A stretch of DNA of 64,000 nucleotides from Hydrolagus colliei (taxonomy: Eukaryota). A program made the translations under genes and the position numbers. The stretch is taken from positions 1,488,001 through 1,552,000 of the forward strand of contig CM068771.1 in the NCBI GenBank assembly GCA_035084275.1. Reading direction: 5' to 3'. This document shows positions 49,465 through 62,097 of the stretch, in pieces. The notes under the pieces are model-generated. The model was not told the origin of the DNA. It did not search any database and worked only from the letters and a program-made list of their open reading frames with translations. Position 1 is the stretch's first letter; the number at the start of each line of letters is the position of its first letter.

Positions 49465-51106
49465 GTGAGTGCTTTAATTCTCCCTGTAAGAATCCAGTAA
49501 TCTTCACTGTAGATCTGCGTGAGACTGTTGGTGTGTGTGAATATGTGAGGTAGTGAGCGTGACTGTCTGTTGATCACTGTGCCGCCCCCAGCCCACCCCT
49601 CCCTGAAAATGCTCCACTGTCTACTCCCTTCACTGCACTGCTCTGCTCTGTCCTTCTCTCCCTTCGCACTCCTCCCCTCCTCGATCCTGGACCCTATCGC
49701 TGCTGCCCTGTGCTCCAGCTTGAGCTTCCTCTGCCAGATCCATAGTGGCTCCTGGTGATGGTTGTCCCAAAGCAGCCGATGCAACTGCCCATTGCTTCAC
49801 TTTCTCTGACACAGCCAACTTCGCCACCTCCATAAGACAATCATCTCTTCGCTCAGACATAGGCTTACACTTCCAAACATCACACCCCTCCTATCATGTC
49901 ATTGCCTCCCAACCCAGAAAGGAAAACCTTCACAAACCATTCAAGCCCTCCTCCATCGGCTTATCTATTTGTATTTCTCTTCGAAACGTCTGCTACATGT
50001 TAAATAAAGCCTTCACAGTCCATGACCTAAATCTGGATGAGAGCATTCCTATTAGACTGACAGAAACCTGTCACCCTGATTGAAGCATCCCGCTACAATA
50101 TAGCCCACCTCCTCTGACTTCACTGACCTCCTCGCCCTAACCTCGCCCTCCATACAAACTTCTCGATCCATCTAAGGGTTCAGCCAATTAACCGCATTTT
50201 TCCTCATGGCCTTAACATCTCCAATCACACATAAGAGCATCTCAAACCGTTTCCTTCCCCTCATCTTCTCCCACCTCCCCTCTTCCAAACTATCCATCAT
50301 CTTTTTCCAAAATTGGGAAAAACAGCTTTTCCTGGGTCCCCGACGAACGCCCTCTCCTTGGATCTCTTCTAGCTCTGGCTTTCTACCCCTGCAATATGGA
50401 TTCTGCTTTGCCCACAGCACAGAGATAATGATTGCAAATTGACGAAAGACATCCTTTTTCGTTGTGACCATGGTTCTTCCATCTCCTCGTTCTCCTGGAC
50501 CTCTCAGCCCTGTTCAATCGATTTGACCATCAACATTCATACTCATCCACCTCAGTAGGTCCACATTGATAACTTCCATGCCTATGTGCTCACATTATCA
50601 AACAAGTTATACTCGAGTTTGACTCCCTTTTGTCGAATGGATCGATTTGAAAGTACTCACATTTGTCTTCATAAATCCGCTCCTTCCCTAGCACCTCCAT
50701 CCATCTCTGACCTGCTTAGCCATGAACTCAATACTCACTACCACCACTCCACCCTCCCGCTTGTCTCTCATATTTTTCACTTCACAATCAGAGGCCACAA
50801 TTTCAGGCACTACACCCCCCGAATATCTGGACCACTCTTCCTCCATCCATCCATCCATCTTGCCCTTTCCTTCTCCATCTTCAGGTCACTTCCAAAGACC
50901 TTTCTTTTCAAGCCTACGGTCACATCGCCAGCTTTGCCACTGTCAATTGTTGTGGAATGCTATCCTGCATGAGGGACTCAAATGGAAGTTGTTGCTGTGA
51001 GCTATTATTGTTTGCTGTTGTATGACTTGGACTTGGAGTGAGTGCTTCTAAGTTTGTCAGTGAGTCTGTTGGTGGACGCACCCACTGACCAGAATGGCTA
51101 TTTTAG

Positions 51107-51382
51107 GTTTTCACTATGGGCAGGTGATTTATAGCTGTGAAGTGAGGGACGACGGCCAAACCGATGGACACATCACAGTCGCGTTCGATGGTAAAGATTT
51201 TATCAGCTTTGATAAAAATGAGCTGAGATGGATCTCTGCTGTTCCCGAGGCTCAGACCCTGAGACACAAACTGGACAATGACAGAGTCATGAAGCAGTTT
51301 TGGAAACAGGAACTGGAGAATGATTGTGTTAGTAGAATGGATGAATATCATCAAGTTTCAAAATCCATATTTCAGAGACAGA
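51107..51382 (+). CDS. MHC class I-like heavy chain, alpha-2 exon
   Basis: ttttag|GTTTTCAC...CAGA|gtgagt; GFHYGQVIYSCEVRDDG...FDGKDFISFDKNELRW...LENDCV, with the two canonical cysteines. Confidence 0.92.
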
Positions 51383-51508
51383 GTGAGTGTCTTTTTTATA
51401 TATAATAATATCATATCGTATTATTGTATTATCTTGTCATTCGGTTAGCCTTATTGTGTCAGGGTGGACTCAGTGCTGAGCTGTGTGCGACTGTGCTCCC
51501 CTCCCCAG

Positions 51509-51787
51509 GCCGCCCTGACGTCTCAGTCAGTTACAGGAGGGACCTGGCGGGGAGAGCCCTTCTCTCCTGTCTTGTCACTGGCCTCTATCCGCGGCCCATC
51601 GATGTGACCTGGACAAGGGACGGCAACACTGTCCACGAGGTGGTGTCCAGTGGTGTATTACCCAACCACGATGGCACCTTTCAGATAATGAAGCAGATGG
51701 AGCTGGAGACGGGTTCCATGGAGGGGCAAGGCTTCTCCTGTCTGGTGGAGCACAGCAGCCTCCAGGGGGTCATGGAGGTGCCGTGGG
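51509..51787 (+). CDS. MHC class I-like heavy chain, alpha-3 (C1-set Ig) exon
   Basis: ccccag|GCCGC...TGGG|gtaag; LSCLVTGLYPRPIDVTWTRDG...VLPNHDGTFQ...FSCLVEHSSL. Confidence 0.93.
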
Positions 51788-52160
51788 GTAAGATCAACAA
51801 CAATTGGTGTTGATACAGCAACCTTACATGAGGCAGCATCTCAGAGTATTTATTGTTGGCGGAGATTGGTAATGAGCAGGGGGAGAGGAAGTTGACCATA
51901 AGCACTGTCGAAGAGGAAGGTATTCAGGAATGATCTGAAAATGAGGACTGATGGCATAATTCTGGGAGATTGATGGAGAGAGTGATAATGTAACAGTGCA
52001 TATTTGGTGGAAGCACAGTTTCTGATTGTGAAGTGCAGGGGACAAGAGGCAGGAACCTATCGAGAGGAGTGGGAGACTGGTGATGTGGTGAGCAAACTGT
52101 TTGGAGGGTTAGGGTAGGCCAGTTCATGCAACGATTTGTAGACAACTGTGAGAACTTTGA

Positions 52161-52395
52161 ATAATAATAATAATCATCCTTGAATTAGATATAGTGCCTT
52201 ATCATGTCTTCAAGACATCTCAAAGTGCTTCACAGAATATGTTGCAAAGTGATTTGATTGTATATTTTGTGGGTGAAACGCGGCAGCCAATTGTGCAAAG
52301 TGTCCCACAAACAGTCATGGATTGAATTGACCAATTTATTTGTTTGAGTGATTATTATTAGGCGCGTGGAGGAAGGAAACTTGCCAAAGCTATCG
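52161..52395 (-). mobile_element. tRNA-derived SINE fragment
   Basis: Reverse of the SINE core and tail. Confidence 0.7.
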
Positions 52396-52411
52396 CCTTT
52401 CCTAGAACCCT

Positions 52412-53888
52412 AGGTTACTAAGGGAGGCACGGGAGCAAATAGCAGGGACTCTGGCCACGATCTTTCAATCTTCCTTGGACACAGGGGTCGTGCCAGAGGA
52501 CTGGAGGATAGCTAATGTTACTCCATTGTATAAAAAGGGGCAGAAGGGCAAGCCTGGTAACTACAGACCAGTCAGTCTAACGTTGGTAGTGGGCAAACTT
52601 CTAGAGTCCATAATCAGGGACAAGGTAGATCTTCACTTAGAAAGATATAAAGGTCAGTCAACATGGATTTGTTAAAGGCAAATCTTGCCTTACAAATTTT
52701 TTGATGAGGTAACGGAATGGGTGGATAATGGTAGCGCCGTTGATGTAGCTTACATGGACTTTCAAAAGGCATTTGACAAAGTGCCACATGAGAGACTTAT
52801 TAGGAAATTAAAGGCCAATGGCGTAAAAGGGACAGAGGCAGCATGGATCCACAACTGGCTGCGAGACAGAAAGCAGAGAGTTGTAGTGAGCGGCTGTTTT
52901 TCAGATTGGAGGGAAGTGAGCAGTGGTGTGCCACACGGATCAGTTTTGGGACCATTACTGTTTGTAATCTACATCAATGATCTGGACTTGGGTGTACGGA
53001 GTACAGTTTCCAAGTTTGCAGATGACACTAAGTTAGGGAGAATAGTAAATAGTGAGGAGGATAGTAGCCATCTGCAAGAGGATATAGACAAATTGGTAAA
53101 GTGGGCAGACACATAGCAGATGAAGTTTAATGCAGAGAAGTGTGAGGTGATTCATTTTGGGAGAAGAAATGAAGGGAGGCAATATAGGCTAGATAGTACA
53201 ATTTTAAATGGTGTGAAGGAACAGAGAAACCTGGGGATTTGTGTTAGTGACTCGTTGAAGGTGGCAGGACAGGTAGACAAGGCTGTTAAGAAGGCATATG
53301 GGATACTAGGCTTTATAAATAGGGGTATAGAGTACAAAAGTCAGGAAGTGCTGACTAACTTCTATAGGACTTTGGTGAGGCCTCAGCTGGAATACTGTGT
53401 TCAATTCTGGTCACCACACTACAGAAAGGATGTGAAGACATTGGAAAGTGTACAACGAAGAATTACTAGGATGGTGCCAGGATTGAGGGACTTCAGCTAT
53501 GAGGAGAGGCTAGATAGGCTAGGATTATTCTCTTTGGAGCAGAGAAGATTGAGGGGAGACCTGATAGAGGTTTATAAGATCATGAGGGGTGTGACTCGTG
53601 GTCACAGATTTAAAATAGGTTCAAGGCGAAGTAGAGGGGAGCTGAGGAGAAGTTTTTTTCACTCAGCGATTTGTTCGAATCTGGAATGCATTACCTGAAA
53701 AGGTGGTGGAGGCTGATTCGATAACAACTTTTAAAAGGGAATTAGATCTTTATTTAGGGAGAACAGGTCTATTAGGCTATGGGGAGCGGGCAGGGCAGTG
53801 GGATTGAATCGCTCTTTTCGAAGAGCCGGCACAGACTAGATGGGCCGAATGGCCTCCTGTTGTGCCCGAAAATTCTATGAATCTATGA
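52412..53888 (+). mobile_element. 5'-truncated CR1 LINE (RT domain, disabled) in the class I alpha3-TM intron
   Basis: VPEDWRIANVTPLYKKG, YMDFQKAFDKVPH, GVPHGSVLGPLLF, FADDTKL. In-frame TAG at 53115-53117 plus frameshifts; (attctatga) tail. Confidence 0.95.
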
Positions 53889-54589
53889 ACCCAGGTATCT
53901 CACTTACTTGTAAGTTGAGTGCTCTAAGCACCGAGCTACAGGACCGCACAAACTCAATACATTCTACTATAGGGAGCCAGTGGAACTTAGCGAGGTCTGC
54001 GATGTTGGAATGCAGGCTGGTTGATGAAATGGGCAGGGGAGTTCTGGAATAGTTGAAATTTGTTGACTGTGGAGCTGGCGAGATGAGTGAGAACGGATTA
54101 GAAGTCTGGACAGGAATGATGCAGACATAGGCGAGGTTGATGGCTGTGTTGGGTTTCAGCTGTAGGTCAACAATATGATGGAGATGGAGATAGGTGGTCC
54201 TTGTCAGGGACCAGATGTGGATGAGGAAATGCAACTGTTGGTCAAACCTGATGCCTAGGTTATGTAAGTCTTAGCACATTTCCGGGGAGGTTAAGGAGCT
54301 CAGAGCAGCAGGAGACAGGAGAGAAGAAATAGATGCGAGCAAAGGAGTATAGTTTGCAGCTTGTATTCAGCTACTGGACATTAGCGCTAATCCAGATCTT
54401 GATGTCTTACAAACATGATGAAAGGACACTAATGGACCTGGAGTCACAGCACAAGGAAGAAAAGAAGATTCAGGTGTAAGGGTTGATTTAAATTTGTGAT
54501 CCTGTGATGATGTAAGGACTAATCAAATTTTGTACAGTTAATATGCAAGTTTATTAAAACAGATTAATAAGTTATAAGCCACTAAAAAT

Positions 54590-55060
54590 ATAAATCGCAA
54601 CAATGTTTGTGTATTGCCACATAGTTCACAATGATTTGAGTTGGCCAAACCAAGTCAGAGGCGAGTGAGATAGATTAGCAACATCTAATTTAATGTTCAT
54701 TTTAATCCACATATAAGTCCTTCAAAAGGCATCCAAGTATTGTTGTATGGATTCCAGTTCCATATCCGAAAGTATCCAGGTATTATTATGCAGTTTCCCA
54801 GTTTGATATCCAAGCACCATTGTACGTCTAGAGTTGCTCCACTCATAGTCTTGATCTTCCCTTTCTTCTGAAGCTGGAAAATGGTTCGAAACTCCAAGTT
54901 CCAATGTCTTCCTTTCTCCCTGTTCATTCTCGAATCGATCTCTCGTGTTCCAGAGGTGACCTTTCACCCAGTGACCTTTGAAGGATGGTTTCTCTGGAAA
55001 AACAAATGCAACACGGCTCCCTCTCCAGTTGCAGACCATCTCTCCATGAGATAATTATTG
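54590..55060 (-). mobile_element. Possible L1/Tx1 ORF2 C-terminal remnant
   Basis: Degraded frame W..W....RL*LGLANSNHCELCG resembles the non-LTR C-terminal zinc knuckle. Confidence 0.35.
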
Positions 55061-55475
55061 AGCAGGTCTGGAAGCAGTTTTCTGTTGATGAACAGTCTTT
55101 TCATTCTTCTATGAAGCTAGTCACAACCAAGCCCTTTCATGTGCAATTGATTACATGTCTCATATATAATATAATTTGAAATATTATTTGACACATTGGG
55201 AAACACATCACAGATCACAATGGGAAACAGGGAATAACATGAGGAGTCAGTTTGTCTCTAGGACATCATTCTGACTTCTTAAATAGCTACCCATCTCTCT
55301 TACCAAATTGTTTCTCCAACAATCGCATACCCCTTACCTGTCTGGCTTTCCATCCTCCAATAATCTACATTTCCTCCTCTCTTCACATCCTCCAACCCTC
55401 TCCCTCTACCAGATTACTCTCCTCTCTCACTCTCAAAATATTAATGAAAGATTGTTTTTTGCTCACTCCAAACAG

Positions 55476-55601
55476 ATGGGAAAACAAAGAGAACTGCGGC
55501 TGGTTATGCTACATGGATCCCGGGCCTGATCGTTGGGCCTCTACTGATTTTGTTGATTGTTGTTGGTATTCTCATCTATAAAAGAAAGAGAGAGAGAAAA
55601 G
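55476..55601 (+). CDS. MHC class I-like heavy chain, transmembrane exon
   Basis: aacag|ATGGG...AAAG|gtgagg; DGKTKRTAAGYATWIPGLIVGPLLILLIVVGILIYKRKRERK: hydrophobic stretch plus basic stop-transfer, phase 1/1. Confidence 0.88.
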
Positions 55602-56003
55602 GTGAGGAATTGGGACTTATGGTAGGGGCGCAGGGAGAGAAGGAGGGCAGTGTGGAATTTGGGTGTAATTGATCTCCCTGAGCTTCAACTCAGAGGTGTT
55701 CACTACATCAATCTGTCCTCCCTGTTTATCAGCAGTGATAACATTGGCTTTTGATTCACTGATGCCTTATCCATCATTGTTTGTCTGTATGACCAAGTTT
55801 TCCTTGTCTGTGCATTAGAAAGGACTATGTATCTGTGATTCACTGGATGATGTGTGAGGCCTGCTATTGTCTGTGTGTGTGGATGGGGGGAATGATGGTT
55901 GTCTCTATATGTGCCTGGCTGTTGTTGTTCTGTGTCACCACGTATTTGAGGATATCATGAGTGTCACTAGGTCACTTTGTAATTAATGCCTGGTTATTTA
56001 CAG

Positions 56004-56036
56004 GACCCGGTTCTCACCAGTACAAACCTCCATCCA
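56004..56036 (+). CDS. MHC class I-like, cytoplasmic exon 1 (33 bp)
   Basis: tttacag|GACCCGGT...TCCA|gtaagt; GPGSHQYKPPS. Confidence 0.7.
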
Positions 56037-56489
56037 GTAAGTCAAAAACATTGAATACAGCATCAGTTTACATAATGCAATTGAACTCACATGCGACATT
56101 TGAACATCTCTGTCCCTACATTCTAAAACTCTAGCCCACAATCCCTCCTCCTGAGCCTCACTCTTGCATTGAAATTTACATGGTTCCTTCTAAAGCCCTT
56201 ACTCTTTGACAATGCCTAGAGCCCCCATCCAATCCATGCCCTCCATGTTGTGACTCCAACTCCCAGGTTGGGTCGAAAATCCCTGTGTCCAGCTCCGTTC
56301 AACATCTTTTTGACATGATGGGTTGAAAATGTCATTTGTTGTTCTTTACTCACCTCACAAGCGTTTATATCTGACTCCAAAATTTGACATACAGCCATTT
56401 TCTCTGACTGTAACATGCGTGCATTTTCTCTGATCTTAACATAAATATTTGTCTGTCATACTCTGACTCGATCTTTACTCTGTTTTCAG

Positions 56490-56533
56490 TAATAGGTGAA
56501 GAAAGCAGCCAAGAATCCTTCGATCTACCACAG
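56490..56533 (+). CDS. MHC class I-like, cytoplasmic exon 2
   Basis: ttttcag|TAATAGGTGAA...CACAG|gtaag; (II)GEESSQESFDLPQ. Alternative in-frame acceptor at 56496. Confidence 0.55.
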
Positions 56534-57528
56534 GTAAGAGTTAGTCTCTTCAAAGTGCTCTGAGACGCTGTCCGGCATGGAGGGTGCTATATAAATCAAA
56601 GTTGTTTATGTTGTTGTAGTCAGTGCCACATGACCTATCAGTCATTAACCCACTGTGTGGATGAAGACTTGGCTGTGATAATACCACTGGGGCCATGGAA
56701 TCTACTTCCCCCTATGCCCCCCTCACCCCAGCTCCACCCAACATGCTTACTTGAGATTAAGAAGTGATCAAGGTGAATTTTAGATGGCATTGTTTATCTA
56801 GTGGCCACTTTCACTGCATCCATGACACTGGTCAGAGAGGCAGCCACTCTTTCCACTTGGCTCCTGTGATCCATATATCGAAAGCCCCGAGGGGTTGTGC
56901 TGTCTTTACTGGAGAAACAGCGGGAAGCTTTAGAGACAGTAGAAACCTGTGTGGGTTTAGCTGTTTAGATTCCAGCAGTTACCACAATGTGCACGCTTGG
57001 GTCCCCAAGCCATGGTTCTTGCAACCCTCCACAATGTTTCCCTACATAAAGAACGAGATTACACATCCCATCCCAGATATTGGATGGATTGGGATTGATG
57101 AGTTCCATGGCTGGACTAGAAACACTTAAGCACAGTGATGGTTGTGCCCGTGTATCAGCTGTTTGATCAGATTGATGGGTCATGTGGTTGTAATGTGTGT
57201 CAGACACCTGACTGATCTTTGTGGGGCAAGAAACCTGCTGAATTTCAGCTCAGAGCTCTGTTCAGTAACTCAATCACTTCCCTCCAATTTTACACCAATG
57301 CTGACGATTCCTTGGTGCTCATAAAATCATCTGCTTATATTCCTGCATGTTGACTCTGTGCACGAGTGTTGGTGTGTCTATATGTGTGTGTGTGTTTGAC
57401 TATGTGTTATGTAGGTGTGTGAGTGTCAGTGTATTTGTGTATAATTGTCTGTTCTCTTTGGCCATGAAATTGATGAGTGCATGACTGTTACTAGGTCTCT
57501 GTAATAAGTGATGACTATTTAATTACAG

Positions 57529-57573
57529 AACCTGGAACTCTTCAGTACAGCCGTCCATCCAGTCAAAGAATAA
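57529..57573 (+). CDS. MHC class I-like, candidate last coding exon
   Basis: aattacag|AACCTG...GAATAA; NLELFSTAVHPVKE*. Phase 0 fits the previous donor, and its acceptor region resembles 55945-56003. Confidence 0.45.
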   Translation, partial: NLELFSTAVHPVKE

Positions 57574-59605
57574 CAGGGAAGCTGAGAATTGGATGGATGG
57601 ACATGAACTGTGTGATGGAAGGGACCTATGTGACATATTCCGTGTACAATTGTGTTTCAGAAGTCTGTTGATTACAGGTGTTTTGTGACTAACGCAATGT
57701 ACATACCCAGAGTATACTGATGTACAGGGGTTTTCTGTCAGCCAGTTACATACAATCATTTTCTAACTAACAATGGTTTACTTTCCAGCTGCAGCTCTGC
57801 ATTACCTGTTTCATCATTATCTGATCAGTAACATGTGTAATAAGTAAACTTGGCATTTGTCTGGAGGAGCAGTTCATCAATATACAGAAACATGTGAATT
57901 TTAATTTAAATAGAGAATTTTGACATTGATATGAGAATAGAAGATGTAAATATATAACATTAAATGTATAAAGAAGAAAAATGTGTATTTTCTACTGACA
58001 AGAACAATGTGACTTGTATGTGTAACTAGCTGAGCCCACGGAGCTTCGGTTGCAATGTGGAATGTAGATTGACACACAGACATTCACACAGACAATGGGG
58101 AAAACATTGTGTATTTAACAAAAGAGCAAGCAACCTTTTAGATGTGCCTTTGTGTCTTACCAATTATAATAATCCTTGCATTTGATAAAGCGCTTTTCAC
58201 ATCTTATCAACATCTCAAAGCTCTTCACAGACTATGCTGTAAAGCGAATTGACTGTATATTTGTGGGCAAAACATTGCAACAATAATAACAACAAATTGC
58301 ACTTATATAGCGCCTTTCACGTTGGTAGGACATCCCAAAGCGCTGAATTGTGCAGCCAGTTGTGCACAGCAGTGTCCCAGAAACAGTTGTGGATTGAAAT
58401 GACCAATTATCGTGGCAAAGCACAACGAAAGAGAGAATTTGAGACTTTTGAACACAAAAAGGCAGTTACTTGGGAACAGTTTTGCCTTTAAATACACATT
58501 TAATTCACTTTACAGTGTTTTGTCTGAAGTGCTATCAGACACCTGGAAGATGTGAAAAGCGCTAAATGAAATGTATTGTACCAGTCAGAACTGACCAGTC
58601 AGAATAGCTGCTTCTATAGTATGTGACATCAATTGTTTTACCACTAACCTTGCGCTCTTGCGTAGTGGTTAGGCATCCAGATTCCTTTGTAGAATGATGA
58701 TGTATTTATCCTTTAATATGAATTGATGTGGATGCACACCGGGTGATTCCAAAGATTTTAAAGCCCATTTGGGAAGTTGACAGTTTCTGATATAGCTAGT
58801 CTGTTTTTGTTGGGCAATATGGATAAATTTGCTGGTGGGCGGTAGGGAGAGGATTTGAGATGATTATGTATTTAGAGGAGGAGGAATATTTTGGGAGGGG
58901 ATTGTTAAGACAGGATTGGATGTTTGCCTCATGGAAATAATTGGTGCAGAAAGCATGAGCGATGGCACTGTTGGGGTGGCTGCTCTGGAGCAGCCAATTC
59001 TGGGCCTAGTGGAAAATGCATGTCCCGGAGCAGAGGGAGGTAATCGTTGAGTCTACGAGAAAGAGAAGGTGGGATAGAAGTGGGATAGAAGCACAGTGTG
59101 GCAGTAGTGGATAGGGTGGTGTGGGTTAGAAGCAGGGGCATTTTGAGGTGGCTTAGTTCAGGTTGTGTTGGCAGCCAAAACACAAACATAAAGACTGTCG
59201 GGAACAGATCAATGGGACAGCATTAGGCTGCAGGACACAGTGGGGGGGGGGGGGGGGGGGGGGGGGGGGAGCTAGGATGATAGTCATGGCTTAGATGAGA
59301 GACCAGGAGAGAAATACGGACAATGTAGTAGAAAGATAATTGGGTATGCTTTCCCTACCCTAAACAGATGTTGCAGAACATAATGGAAGATTTTGTGCTT
59401 TGCGATTCTGTTGCAGATACCATGCATATTTCATATTTTGGAGCTTATTCAAAGCATATTTTCAATATAACTCATAAACAGTAGGAGATCCTGAAAACAA
59501 TGCCCATTTCACTCACATGTACAAGACGTTTCTCTATGAATCATGTCTCCACATAAATTGGTTATTTATTGAATTATGGGCAAAATCACAGAAAGCTTGT
59601 CTTTC

Positions 59606-59880
59606 TAATAATAGTAATCCTTGCATTTAATATAGCGCTTTTCATACCTTCTCAACGTCTGAAATCACTTCACAGAATATACTGTTGAGTGAATTGACTG
59701 TATATTTTGTGGCCGAAATGCGGCAGCCAATTGCATACCGCAGTATCCCACAAACAGTCGTGGATTGAAACGACCAATTAGAATTTTTTTGGGGGGGATT
59801 ATTATTAAGCGTGTGAAATAAAGAAACTTGCCCAAGGTTTCGCTGTGACCTGCCTGGATTCAAGCACCAAGATTCAAGCA
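59606..59880 (-). mobile_element. tRNA-derived SINE
   Basis: Reverse of the SINE core and tail. Confidence 0.75.
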
Positions 59881-60846
59881 GTGGTTAGAGAATTCTCTGA
59901 GCATGCCTGGCAGCATTTATGGAGAAATGAAAGTATATCAATGTTTGAAACTGGGTCATTTGCAGTTCAGATTTCCCCTGACTAAAGGATTATAACTTAA
60001 GTGTGGGGGATGATGCCTTTCTGATTTTAGGTCCCCCAAAAATTGTTACTCAAAAATAAATTGTCTTGGTCAGTATAGATCACTTTTACCTATGTATAAA
60101 AATAGATAGTTTCAAATACAGCATATGTATGCTTATACTACATTTGCTTATACCCTGCTTATACTACATTTGTGTGTAACTCATAAGAAATGAGTGTGAT
60201 GTGTAACAGGATTGTATAGAAAGTGTAGGTAATGCTTAAAAAGCTTATGTAATGCCAATGAAACATGTTCATGGGGCCTTGATTTTCAAACAATTTATTC
60301 ATTTTTATGTTTCAGAGAGTAATAACTCACAACACATTGACAAAAGTGGCTCATTAATATTGGAGGAAAATGTAAAATTATGCTAAGGGGCAAATAATAT
60401 TCAGATGTTTCTCACAATAACACTGTACCATGCAAGTTAGTGTGAATCTTACAATGTGATTACACTCAGGCTGTATTGTGTGAGTGTGCTTGTCACACTC
60501 AGATTGTAGTGTACAAGATAGTATGACTGTCACAATAGGTTTGACCATATGAGGATCAAAGGTAGATTTGAGGGGTGTGCGAGATTCCCAGAATGTGCTG
60601 CATGCATTACAGCTGCTCACATTTAGCTTTGCCACTGGGTGTGGGTCTAATCTCCTTTATACAGATAACTGAACCATAAAATTTCTGTATTTGTGCTCAG
60701 GATGGACTTTGTTCATAAGCAAGTATTACAACGTTGGAGCTGTCATCTGTAATAGCTGTAACACCAGCTTTGAGTGGTCATGTGGGAGAAGACACACATT
60801 TTATGTTTCAGGAAGCAGTTTTGTTTCAGGAAGTGCTGAGGTTGAA

Positions 60847-61257
60847 ATGGCGGCTGAATACAAGTCTCACAGTCTGACTGAAGAGTTAATTTGTCCAGTT
60901 TGTCTGGAAATCTTTACCAATCCTGTTACCTTGGATTGTAGCCACAGCTTCTGCTGCTCCTGCATCACACGGTGGTGGGAGGATCAGGGACCAAATTCCT
61001 GCCCCATTTGTCATACGGCTTTCCCAGAAAGGAACTTCAGGCCCAGTCAGGCCCTAGCCAATCTGTCGGAGAAAGCTTGGAACTTCGGACTGGCACAAGG
61101 AAGGATGGGAAAAAGTCGTTACTGTGAGGAACATCAGGAGGAACTGAAGCTGTTCTGTGAAACAGACAAGAAACTGATGTGTCTGGTTTGCAGAGATGCC
61201 CGAGAGCATAGAAACCACAGGTTCATCCCTATAAAGGAGGCCCTTCAGATCTACAAG
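60847..61257 (+). CDS. TRIM gene D, RING + B-box2 exon
   Basis: ATGGCG...TACAAG|gta; CPVCLEIFTNPVTLDCSHSFCCSC...CPIC (C3HC4 RING) and CEEHQEELKLFCETDKKLMCLVCRDAREH...H (B-box). Confidence 0.93.
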
Positions 61258-61350
61258 GTAAAAGGCCCCAGAATGTCAATCATTCCCAGTCTGATCTAAT
61301 TCTCTGTTTATTTAAACAGGATTTTTCTCACAGTTTCTATTTATTACCAG

Positions 61351-61446
61351 GCAAAAGTGAAATCCTCCATAGATTCTGTGACACAGAGAAAAGCCACTGC
61401 TCTAGAAGCTGAAGTTAACCAGAAACGGAAGATTGTACAAGTTAAA
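61351..61446 (+). CDS. TRIM gene D, 96-bp coiled-coil exon
   Basis: accag|GCAAAA...GTTAAA|gtaagt; AKVKSSIDSVTQRKATALEAEVNQKRKIVQVK. Confidence 0.88.
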
Positions 61447-61758
61447 GTAAGTTGTGTTGGGGCTGATTGTCTGGGCTTTCAATGTTCTGTGTGTATGTAG
61501 TGTGCAAACTGCCTGATCTGGGCTGACAGTGTGTCTCTTTGCCATTTCTACAAAATGTGATATCTGGGCTCTCGGTTTATACATGGTTTAATATCTGGGC
61601 ACTTCGTATGTCCCTGTTTACTGTGTGTACACATTGTAATGTCTGTGGCTCTCAGTTTGTAACCCATTAGCACAGGAACATGGTGTGTTATCTCGGCTGT
61701 CAGTGTGTTTCCCTTTACAGCATATTTGCAGTATAATGTCCTTTGCTTTATTTTACAG

Positions 61759-61989
61759 GAACAAACAAGCAGTTGGCTGAATCACGTCACAGCCGAGTTT
61801 GCTAAACTGCACCAGAATCTGACTGAGAGAGAACAGTGTGCAATTCGACAGCTCAGAGAAAGAGAGGGGAAGATTTTACACGAAATGGAGACAAATCTGC
61901 AAGAGATTCAGTGCAACTTAAGTTATATTCAGATAAAGCTCTCAGAGCTAACGAAACAGATGGGGGAAGACACATTCACCTTCCTGCAG
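61759..61989 (+). CDS. TRIM gene D, 231-bp coiled-coil exon (gene presumably continues beyond the window)
   Basis: ttacag|GAACAA...CTGCAG|gtac; EQTSSWLNHVTAEFAKLHQNLTERE...TFTFLQ. Confidence 0.9.
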
Positions 61990-62097
61990 GTACAGAGATG
62001 AAATTATAATTTAGTTCAGTAAAAGCTACACACAGACTAACAGAAAGTCAAAGTCTGAGTATTACACTTGTCGAGTGCTGTCACTCAGTGGTTACAA

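Noticed and set aside
52475-53698. RT ORFs as an active retroelement
   Set aside because: 5'-truncated CR1 with an in-frame stop, frameshifts and a deletion near the 3' end.
59242-59269. 28-nt poly-G run
   Set aside because: Simple homopolymer, possibly a sequencing artefact; no associated structure.
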